Positions 53,949 to 64,000 of a stretch of DNA of 64,000 nucleotides are shown piece after piece. The notes beneath the pieces are model-generated. The model worked only from the letters and a program-made list of their open reading frames with translations, had not been told where the DNA came from and did no database searches. The position numbers and the translations under genes were made by a program. The stretch comes from Narcine bancroftii (lineage: Eukaryota), in contig NC_091478.1 of NCBI RefSeq assembly GCF_036971445.1, positions 35,030,001-35,094,000 on the forward strand, in the 5' to 3' direction. Position 1 is the first letter of the stretch. The number at the start of each line of letters is the position of its first letter.

Positions 53949-54182
53949 TCATTGATACTTTCTCATGATATCAATGATTTCCTTGTACAAACGATTTGGA
54001 GCATCCAGGCCCCAGATGAAATCCAGATGTTCCCAATCTGGGATTTGCTTGTGGAAGAGAAGTTTGGGGATTTTCCTCAGTAACATTTTCACATCACTGG
54101 GATCAGCCAGCCAATCGTGGCCTCCTGACCAGAGAGCAGTGGGAATATCCATCTGTTTTATGTTGTACAGAGGTGGCATTGT
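53949..54182 (-). CDS. LIPA: Acid lipase last coding exon (TMPPLY...[10 protein letters not shown]...[13 protein letters not shown]...MRKYQ*) with catalytic Asp and His
   Basis: Acceptor ttttgaacAG, 234 nt, TGA stop. C-terminus MRKYQ as in human LIPA. Family is certain; exact orthology versus LIPF/LIPM is less so. Confidence 0.92.
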   Translation of the reverse strand, partial: TMPPLYNIKQMDIPTALWSGGHDWLADPSDVKMLLRKIPKLLFHKQIPDWEHLDFIWGLDAPNRLYKEIIDIMRKYQ

Positions 54183-57100
54183 CTGTTCAAAAGAAGTGAA
54201 AGATTAGAATTAAGTCATTCTGGTTAAAACACAGAATTTGTACCGTTAATTTCTAGCACAAGTGCACTACATTGGCAGGCGATACAGCTGAGACAAGGTG
54301 ATGCCCCTCATGGTGAATCAAAGTATTTGTGTAACTCTCCAGAGGACAATTAAACTGATGAAGTTGGAAGCAATCTGCACATCCCAACCTTCTCGGGTGC
54401 AGGAAACGGATGAACCGAGATAAAGATGATTAAAATCAACAAGAAAACTCAGTGTTTTCATGGTAAAATTCATAAATGTTAAATGCAAGGATACTCAGAT
54501 TGCTTGTTTAATCCTTTGTTCTGGTTCTTAAGATTTTAAAGTTTATAATTTTATGACCTACAGCATCTAGGTTTGCTTGAGTTGCTTAACTGAGACTCTA
54601 AACACAAAACAGCTATATTATCCTGCAGATAAGAAGCTGTACACTAAAGGCCAATTTGTGAAGCGTGTGGGCAGAGTTCGGAGGACAAGATAACATGAAA
54701 TAGATCCCAATCTTTCCCTCCCTACACAGTTCGACTGTTCCATCTATCAGGGTTTTAATACTAGTTAAAATTAAAAGCCATCACATTTTTCACACATTAC
54801 AGCAAGCTGGTGTGTCACTGCAACGGACACAAATCTCTGAACAATGCCACTGATAAGCTCGTCTCCAGATGACTGACTAATGTGTCACATGATCTGGTAT
54901 TAAGGGCCAGATGCAAAGACAATGACTTCAAATTAGATGAATCCCCAGACTCCAGCATTTGCAGAGGTTGAGAGGCTGGGCTTGTGGAGGGCCTTGTGCC
55001 ACTGGATTATGGGATTGGTCACCACCTGAGCTGGTAACATGCACTGCTGTGGTTATTGACTGGATGCACCTGTACTTCTTTCCAGTTGGGATAATCCCTA
55101 ACACCACCTCCACCCCCATACAAGGACACATGGTTTTCCAACTCAATCACTCGGGAGAATAGGTATCCTTTTTAAAAAAAAATTAAACCTGTAATCACTA
55201 AGAACGCATGAAATATCAAGGGACAAAATTAATAGTTGTTTATCACTTAGTCATTAAGAGAGTAGGGATGACTTGCATAAAGTATGGAAAAAAAAACATT
55301 AATGACTTAACATTAAACTGGCTTGTCAAGAAGAAAGTAATTACAGATATGTTGGATTGGATTCAACCAGATTTTGATCTAAAGAATGACTTCTAGCAAC
55401 ATAAAGGACAACTGATTCAGGCACAATGGGATATCACCATCTACATGTTGTCTTCCATATCATACTCTATCCTTGCTTGGAAATGTATCATCGGCTCCTC
55501 ATTGTTGCTAGGTATAAATCTTGGAACTGCATATTCAATAGCTCCGTACAGTTGCTTCATAAAAAGGACTCCAACAGTGCAGACTGAGAGCGTACCACCA
55601 CCTTCTCAAAGTTAAATTGGGAAAGGCACTAAATGCTGGCCAAGCCTGTGATACCCAGATCCTAAAAGATGACAATCAAATGATGCCAAACATATCAGAA
55701 AACTGATGACCAGTTTCATTCTGGTTAGAAATTTATTTTAACTATTATACAAAAAAAAAGTTGCATGTGTGAGCGGGGTTGACTCCATATACCAAGAAAT
55801 TCTACTCCACCAGTAAAGTTACTATAGAATGGTGCAGATAAAGGACCCTTTGACTATTTTGGCTGGTATTGCACAAGTTTAGTTACATCCAAGTCCTGAA
55901 TATTTCAGATGGCAAATAGGTGTCCTTCAGATAGCCTTTCTCAGGGATGGACGAAGGCGGTGACAGCCCCGATTTGGGTGAAGAGAGATCAGAACAACTG
56001 ATGTTGGGAGAGAAATTGAGGGGTGGGAGTTTGTGGGGAGGGATAGGAATTGCAGTTCAGAAAAGGCAGCAGTGTCTACAAGTTTTGGTGAAGAGAAGGC
56101 CCAAGGTCAAAGGTAAGTAATTTACAAACCTGCAAGTCTCTTCAGTTTGACAGAGATAAGACCATGCTATTCCAGAAGGACCATAACAATGTCTTAATAG
56201 GGATTTAAGGTGCTGAATTTCAGATTGTGCGATCCTGATATCAAATTTATGCTGGTGTTAAAACAGTGACGATGGCAGGCGGTGGTCAGAAATCACCCGT
56301 ACCTGGTCATCAAGCCTATTCTACTCCCTCTCCATGAAAATTCAAATACATTTCACAGCGAGTTAACAGCATGCGAAATTTGTATCAATTCAACTGATTT
56401 GCCAGTCTGTGGAGGTATGTTGGTCAGCAACATTCCTGGGATTTGTTAAATCATACATGTGTGGATATTCTGACAGTGATGTCAATTTTGAAGAATAATA
56501 AATGTTATAGATTAGTTTTTATGACATCGGCTGAAATCAGATAAATCTTTCAGGTACTTTTTTTTTAAGAAAAAAAAGCATTCCACCTGGTCAGGTTTTA
56601 AATTAAAACCATTTGGATGGAACAGAGTATTTTTAGAACTGGAGTTAAATTCCTTCAAGATTCTATGCTTTTCTTATTAGATAATTTATTAGGAGTAAGA
56701 CCAAAAATTAAATTTAACTAGTTTCAAAAGGAATTTACACTTGCAAGAAAATATGTGGCAGTAACATGGAAATCCAATACATATTTGGGATTGGACAGAT
56801 GGCATGTTGAAATACGTAGTTGTATACCTTTCGAGATTACATAATTTTAGAAATAGATATGATTTATTGAAGATTTGGAGCAATTTGTAGGTATTAATTT
56901 ATAAAAGATATCTCCCTAGACCTCTGAGAACTTTATCAGCTCCTTGGAGTTAATTAATTAATATGTATTTGGTCAAGGTACAAGTTTGCTAAAATTATGG
57001 GAAATTTAATAACGAGACGTGTTCTTCTAACTTCTAACTTTTCTCTTAATTTCTTACTTTTTAAGTTACTCTTTCCTTTTCTGGGGTTATTATGGGGGGT

Positions 57101-57346
57101 GGGTGTGGGAAAGGGGAATATATATGGATGCATTTTAGTTACAAGATTGATATATTCAGTACTTTATATATGTACTTGATATATGTGTGGAATGGAAATA
57201 AAATATTTTGGAGAATAATGCTGCCTTCACTGTTATAATTGTAAAGTCTAGTGTTTGTATAAATGACCAGAACATGCAGGAAACAGAATGCAACATACAT
57301 AAAGGCATCACTTTTTTTCCTCCATGAGTAGTTTCTGGTACAGTAC

Positions 57347-57418
57347 CTCATTATAGTGAGCCATATTTTTATCTTCAGAACCCCAGTCATAAGCCTGAAA
57401 TTGTCCAGTTTTCACATC
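57347..57418 (-). CDS. LIPA: Acid lipase exon (DVKTGQFQAYDWGSEDKNMAHYNE)
   Basis: 72 nt, acceptor gtttttcAG, donor GTACTG; FQAYDWGS...N..HYN motif. Not in the ORF track; read manually. Confidence 0.94.
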
Positions 57419-58099
57419 CTGAAAAACAAATGAAGATTGTTCATAACCCAGATGCCAGGAATTTCAAATGCAGAAAGGCTCATCTTATGCAAACAGATAA
57501 TTAATATTTTCTGGTGTGAAATGGACAATAACTATTGTAGGTCATTTGACTTTGCTTTAGAAATTTCTCCAAGATGTGAATCACCCCTGTTTCATAATAT
57601 GCGCAGTGCAGGGTGAAAAAGTGTTGATATCTTCTCCCATGAGCATTTGTAGGACCCGTGCTCTTCCAGCTTGAAACTGAGTCATGCCAGATAAGGCAGT
57701 CAATCAGCTTTCGTTCTTCCAGTAATGATAACCCCTCACTCCAGTTCTGTAATCCATTGTACTCCCATTATTCCTTCCCCAAACTTGTAATTGCCCCAAT
57801 GCTGCAACACCCCATCAGAAGATCCAAGCCTAAACCCCCCCGCCCCCTGATCTGTGCATCGACCCTCTGACCATTCATTACAGCACATCCCATCAGTGAA
57901 CAATCACAGGGTCACAGCACTGGCTGGATTGGACCCACATGATCTTCAGTGACATCCTTTCAGAAGATTGCAGATTAATCTGAAAATAAAAAGGCATCTT
58001 TTCATGCCAAAGTGTGCAAAAGCTCACTAATTTGAATTTTGGTCCTCAATAACCAAACTGGCCTTGGCAGCCAAAGACTTTCCCAATCCTCTGCGCATA

Positions 58100-59200
58100 T
58101 ATTTTTAAAAAAATATTGGGACAAAAAAAAAGCACGTCGTCTATGTCACATCCCACCTCTTTAATCCCAATCCTTTCCCTGCTGGGGCAGATTGTTTCAT
58201 TTCCTTTATTCCGAAGGGGTGAAATTATATCTGTGTACCTATAGGTTTCAGATAGGGTTGCCACACTCTTAACAAATGCATCATATTTCCTCCTTATATT
58301 GTACGCGATTTTCTCCAGGGGAATGCAACTCTGCATCCCCATCGTGTGGTATTTAGTTGGGAGTCGGACTTCCACGTGCCCGCTATACACTTCCTGGCTA
58401 CGACAAGTCAACTTTCATGAACTGAATTTGGTATTTGGACAGTTTAAAACTTAGGTTCCCAATATCTCCCAGAAGTTACAACTCCAGATCCTGTGGAAAT
58501 TTCACCTTTGTAAATTTTTTTCAGAATGTCCCCCAGAAGGACCTCACCTTTGATCTCCAGGTTGAATGGATAAAGGTTCTAATCTCCACACCGCACCTAA
58601 AGCACATTTCCAAGATTTCTGATTTAGATGTATGTAATTTTTTGTGGTGTGAGGTACAGTTGATGCAGGAAATTGTATTGCACCAAGTTGTACCTGGCAT
58701 TAATAACTGCTGTCATGCTGTCCAGACATAGGTCTGGCCACCATTGCTTATGGATTGTTGGGGCCAAGTTAGATTCCAACCTTTCCCTCGACCTGTGTAA
58801 GCCTGGTTTCGGGCCCTCACTTTGGAATACGAAATACATTATAGAGATAAAATTACACATATTCCACCTTTGAATTAGAATCTCCATGTCACTACACATG
58901 GGCAGGGTCATAGATGGTCCAAATTTGTCCCTTAAAAAAGATCTTTCTTGCAGATAGCAGAAGAATGTCCCCGATAGACAAATCATATTTATCCCTCAAT
59001 TGCTTGAATGACATGAGCTGCCCTCGCTTGTAACAATCCTCAATACCACCTGATCCCTTTCTGGCACCAGGTGTCCAGGATCTTATCGTCCAGAGTCATG
59101 CATATTAAGTTGTTCTGGGGACCCCTGCATTGTTGAGGGGGAAGGATGTTTTTAAAATCTTTCTCCTGCTGTTGATGGCTTCATTGCCAAACATCACTGG
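58100..59200 (-). mobile_element. Degenerate L1/Tx1 LINE 3' fragment in a lipase intron
   Basis: INARYNLVQYNFLHQLYLTPQK and CIPLEKIAYNIR motifs. Another L1-like 3' end on + at about 56690-57200. Confidence 0.8.
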
Positions 59201-60087
59201 ATAAGGCAGAGCTGAAATCCTCATTGAATCAGGCTTGATAGTATTCGTGGGGCAGCAGTCACTATTATATAGATTGTGGAGACTCCTGCTGACAGTCTAC
59301 AATGCTTCACGGATGCCTTGCTTTCAGCTGACTATCTCACTGGACACAATTGTAATGCTATGGAATATAATGAAGGCCACCCTCAATGTAAAGATGGCAC
59401 TTTGTCCATTAGAGGTCAGTGCAGTGATCACTCCTACCAAAGTTCACATGGAGAAATTAACCTATAACAAGTGTATTGGTGAGGTCGTGACTAAAGGGGT
59501 CCATTCACTATGTGCTAGAGAGCCAATGCAGCACACATGTTGGTCTCATCTTGGCCAGCTGAATCACTGTCATGGAGTCCGAGACACGTCATTTTGCAGG
59601 TAGGTTCTTGGTTTTCAAATCATCTTCACTGCCAATATCTTCAGAGTCTATTCAAGCACATCCAATCACCTCTCCCTTCTCCCACAATCTAATGTCCGAC
59701 ACCTCGTACCTGCCTGCTTTGTAATGCTCCTCCATTGCCTCAGAGCCTAACCCAATTGTTGGTTCACTCTTCCCAACACACACATTTGCCCTTAAAACAT
59801 GCATTAAAGTCCCCAAACCAACTAGATTCCTCCCTACGTAATGCAGCCATCCCACCACCTCCCTTCCCACTCAACCCTAATAATCCATGACCTCTGTGCA
59901 AAGCTTGGCCTAATTATAGAGGATGAATTGTTACTCGGGGCAGGCAAGATCTTTGCTACTCGCAAGGAAACAAGTGCAGCCTCCACAATATCTCTTCTTC
60001 AGGCAACATGGAACTTCTAGGCCATTGTCTTCATGCACCAACAATTGCAATAAATAAGAATAATGATGAGACATTCCGAGTTTGTAC

Positions 60088-60159
60088 CTGGCTCCAGTGG
60101 ATAATATTTTGGACAGAGGTTCCAGCCGGACAGTGTGCTGAATAGATTGGGATTCTGCT
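60088..60159 (-). CDS. LIPA: Acid lipase exon ([24 protein letters not shown])
   Basis: 72 nt, AG/GT bounded; [12 protein letters not shown] family motif. Confidence 0.94.
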
Positions 60160-60709
60160 CTGGAAAACATACGAAATACCAAGAAGTGAATCCACTAAAC
60201 ATGTAGGATACATACTTTGAATTATGATAATAGAAACAGGTCGAAATCAAAGAATGTGCTTTTCATCTGATGGTTGCTCTAGTATCCAGCAGTCATTGGG
60301 AGAGAAAAAAAAACTCCAAACAGGATACACGCAAACTCAGCTCCACTGATTGCCATGCCAGCACCATCTTAAAATCACTGCAAATTGTGTATGTATATAG
60401 ATATGGTAAATTGCCAAACTTGTAAGATTTTATACTTTTGTGTTTGGCAGACACTTCATCATTATAGAAGGGGCAGATGTACTTTTATTTAGAGCATCTC
60501 TACAACAGTGTTAGAGCACTGCATGGTGAATCAGTAATTGGGTGCATTTTAGGCACAAGTCATGAGCACTTCCTGGTTTAAACCAGGATGCAAGACAGGC
60601 AAGTAAAATTATCAACTCCAAAAAAGTGTTGTTTATTATTAAAGAGCTGCATAGTAACAATGCAATCCAACTGTTATGAAATCCCTATGGCTTGGCATCT
60701 GACTCACTG

Positions 60710-61255
60710 TGCCTTGCTACCTTTTCACTCATGAGAACCACTGCTCCCTGACCCATCCTATTCCCTTGCCGACACGTCTGTCCATGGTTTCATGCACTGC
60801 TGGACTAAGGCCATCTGCAATTGGAGGAACAACACCTCATCTTCTGCCTGGGTATTCTCCAACCAGATGGCATTATTATCAACTTTTCCATTTCCGTTAA
60901 GCCACCCCTCCCTTCTTCCCCCTGTCACCTTTCCCCCAGCTCTGACTCTCCTTTTCCCCCTCTCTTTTCACAGAGCCAAAATCAATTCTCATCTTTCCTC
61001 ATCATATTTAATTAACATCTTTTGATTGTTGGTCTGGACTCCTCCTTCCCCTCCCATTCTTCTTCCTATCACTCCCAATCTTTATTCAGGCACCTGCCTG
61101 ATTTTTGCTTATTCCCTGAAGAAGGGTTCAGATCCAAAATGTCAGTAATATATCTTTACCTCCTATGGACGCTGCAAGACCGGATGAGTTCTTCCATCGC
61201 TTACTGTGTATTTTTACCACCATCACAGCGTCTTCAGACTTCAGTGTTTCACTGC
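60710..61255 (+). mobile_element. Penelope-like element 3' fragment
   Basis: LEEQHLIFCLGILQPDG motif typical of the PLE C-terminus, then pyrimidine tract and GAAGAAGGGTTCAGATCCAAAATGTC terminal repeat. Related short pieces at about 1030-1215, 19355-19620, 22990-23390, 42900-43110, 49560-49760. Confidence 0.65.
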
Positions 61256-61257
61256 AT

Positions 61258-61490
61258 TCACTGGGGCCACTGTTCCTATGTTCACCTTCCACTCCACTCA
61301 CTCGGGCCCATTTCTGCACCCCCTTTCCTGTCCCTGGGGTCCCTGTTCCGTGCTCCCTTTCCACTCATTGTCCCCTGTTCCTGCATTTCCCTTCCACCAT
61401 CTAGGGTTCCTATTTTTGCCCTCCCTTTCCACTTCCTAGGGCACTGTTCCTGTGCTCCCTTTCCACTCACTGGGGCCCATTTTCCCACCT
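61258..61490. repeat. Degenerate pyrimidine-rich minisatellite (about 30-35-bp units)
   Basis: Recurring CTCCCTTTCCACTCACTGGGG/CTGTTCC motifs. Confidence 0.6.
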
Positions 61491-61956
61491 TCTCTTTAAA
61501 TATTCCAATTTTAAAATAATTTTCTCATACATTTAAAAAAATATATTACACAGTATTTACGGAAATAGCATCCAATAGATTAGAAAATCTTCCGGACCAG
61601 CATCTGAGCTTGTTTATTTAAAATTTAAATTTAGACATATAGCTCGGTAAAAGGCCCTTTCAGTCCACAAGCCCAATGACACCCAATCGACCTACATCCC
61701 CTTGTACATTTTTTTTTTTGAACGGTGAGAGAAAACCGGAGCCCCTGGAGAAAACCCACGCAGGCACGGGGAAAACGTACAAACTCCTTATTAACAGCGC
61801 AGGAATTGAACCCCAGTCCCAATTGTTGGCACTGTAACAGTGTTGTGCTAACCGTACAGCCCCATTTATGTTAACGGTAAATGATAAAAATGTAAAGATT
61901 TTGCTTATTTTCAGATTCAACATTTATTCCAGCTTTCAAACTTCTGTCATGCTTAC

Positions 61957-62103
61957 CATGTTGAGGTTCTTCACATTGAATCCACTTATTAAAAAGAATA
62001 CATTGCCACACAGCTCCTCAATCACAAAACGATTACATATGTGCGTAGCAAGCCACGTTATTATCTCAGTCTGCGGAAGGAAATCCCGAGTTCCAAATAT
62101 TTC
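61957..62103 (-). CDS. LIPA: Acid lipase exon (EIFGTRDFLPQ...HICNRFVIEELCGNVFFLISGFNVKNLNM), lid/cap region
   Basis: AG/GT bounded, 147 nt as in LIPA-family genes; lid Cys pair conserved. Confidence 0.93.
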
Positions 62104-63943
62104 CTGAAAACCAAAACAAATGACAAAAAAAAAATTTATCACCAACAACATCTGTTAGGCATGTTCAGTGGCGACAATAGAGAGGGGTGCCATTCCTACT
62201 GGGGACCTTCTTCCAATCATTTACATAGATTTCAGCACAGTGCTCTGAGAAAGCGGGTGTAAGTGAATCCATGCGAAGTCATTCACTTGAATGACTGCTG
62301 GACAGATAGATCATCATGATGTTGCCCTTTTCTTTTCACTGAAACTGGTGGAGTTCAGCAGTACCTTTACCACATGTTTTGTGGCCATAACTTTGTTTTT
62401 TTTCCCCCCCACGGGATTTGCGGAGAATCAGTGTCCAAGGCCTCACAGCTGCAAACCCACCAATCCCTTCCCCTATCTTTAATCATCCCACAGATTAGGT
62501 TAATTGGACAGTGAAAAGGGCAGAAGATGGACAAACAGAGCCAGAGGTTCTCAATCTTTTTCTTTCCACTCACGTACCACTAAGTAATCCCGATGCTCTG
62601 CGATGAGTAAGGGAGTGTTTAAGGTGGGATGTGGGTGGGAAGAATCACTGCTCTAGACCCAATTGTCGCTGAAATATTTTGCTCGAGAAAAACTGGCATT
62701 GGCTGAGTACTACTACCATTTTCTAGCTTTGAATTAGGACCATCAAATATGCAGGATTTTTAAAAAAGCATTTACTGTGTAACTCAAAGGGAAGAGAATA
62801 AAAGTGAAATATTTATAATTGTCCAGATATTTTTGGATCTTGCACAAAATTACTTCAGTCTGAATTGACCACCGTCCATTTCTGGAACTCTGACGTTAAC
62901 CCCAACTGATTCCATCTGCTCCAAATCCCTCAGGCAACTTTCTACATCATCTTAAGGGTGACTGTCCCCTCCTAGACTTCCCAATAAATCCTCAGTCCAA
63001 TTTTTCTCATGCTCAGTGGCTTTCCCCACTTCGCAGAAGCATCAATGCAATTTCACGGGCTCCACTGGTCTCTGCCACCCATCTTGGGACAACTGGAGGG
63101 CAGGCCAATGAGCTTGTACTTTAACTCGATTAATAAGTCAAATCTGCAACAATCTCAGCCAAGGTTACCTCGAGTCCTTCTGGCAAATCTGTAGTGATGG
63201 TCCTCCACGTGGATTGGATTGGTATGAGGCAAGAAGAGGATGGAAAGTGATGAGGGTTGTTTTGATTGGTAGGTTAATTGAGAAACTGTAAATTTGCAAG
63301 AGCAGGAGAATTGTGTGGAGAAGTTAATGACATGAGAGGGGGTAAAAAAAATCAATGGGATTAGCATAGTTTCAATGCTTGAAGGTGTGTGGAGATACAA
63401 TACACAATAGGTGGTGGAGTAGGCCAATTGGCCCGTCGAGCCAGCATTGCCATTTATCTGATCATGGCTGATCTTTCTCTTTCAATAACCAATCCAAACC
63501 CTCAACTCCCCTGCCCACAAGAGCCTAATCCAACTCTTTTAAATCTATCCAGTGAATCTGCCCCCCACAACGCTCTGAGTCAATGCATTCCACAGATCCA
63601 CAACTCTCTGGGTAAAAAAAAATTCTCCTAATTTCTGTCTTAAATGGCCTTCCCTACAGTGAGCTGAAGAGCCTATTTCTGTGCTTTATGACTCTATGAA
63701 CCCGTAATTTAACCACAATCATCAAGCCCTGTGCATAATATCAAATGAACAGCAAATAATAGTTTTTAGGCTTTATTCAGGCATGCTCTGGTTGCAACTA
63801 GATGACCTCTCCCCTTTCTCCACAGAACCTGTGAAATGGCAAGTTTAATTGCCTCAAAAATTGTCAAGGTGCATTCAAAACCCAAGAACCCCTCTTTCCC
63901 AGTCACGAATACTCTCTTAGCAAGACGAAAAGTAAACACTTAC

Positions 63944-64000
63944 TCTAATAAGAAATTCTGGAAATTCACCAAGTTTTACCAATGGGCTGGTAGCATATTT
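63944..64000 (-). CDS. LIPA: Acid lipase exon, partial (KYATSPLVKLGEFPEFLIR); gene continues beyond window
   Basis: Minus-strand frame ends at donor GTAAGT. Aligns to human LIPA ..TSPMAKLGRLPDHLIK. Confidence 0.88.

Overview
This is eukaryotic, vertebrate genomic DNA, not prokaryotic. The repeat content (V-SINEs, CR1, Rex/Babar, Penelope-like, RTE, L1/Tx1) suggests a cartilaginous fish; that is an inference. Two convergent genes are present. ANKRD22 on + is complete, with 6 coding exons at 16120-50040, 189 aa, all GT-AG phase-0 introns. The last five coding exons (the 5'-most cut off by the window edge) of a lysosomal acid lipase (LIPA-like) gene lie on - at 53949-64000. The rest is mostly transposon debris. 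Notable items: a young RTE LINE with twin-priming-type 5' inversion nested in a young L1 (both with TSDs); many ultra-short RTE 3'-end insertions, one just downstream of the lipase stop; three solo LTRs with 5-bp TSDs; a composite hAT MITE family; a Chapaev3-like transposase relic; a 2-kb G-rich minisatellite in ANKRD22 intron 1; and a templated-insertion patchwork. I found no convincing wholly new gene system. Family names are from recalled motifs, with no database search.
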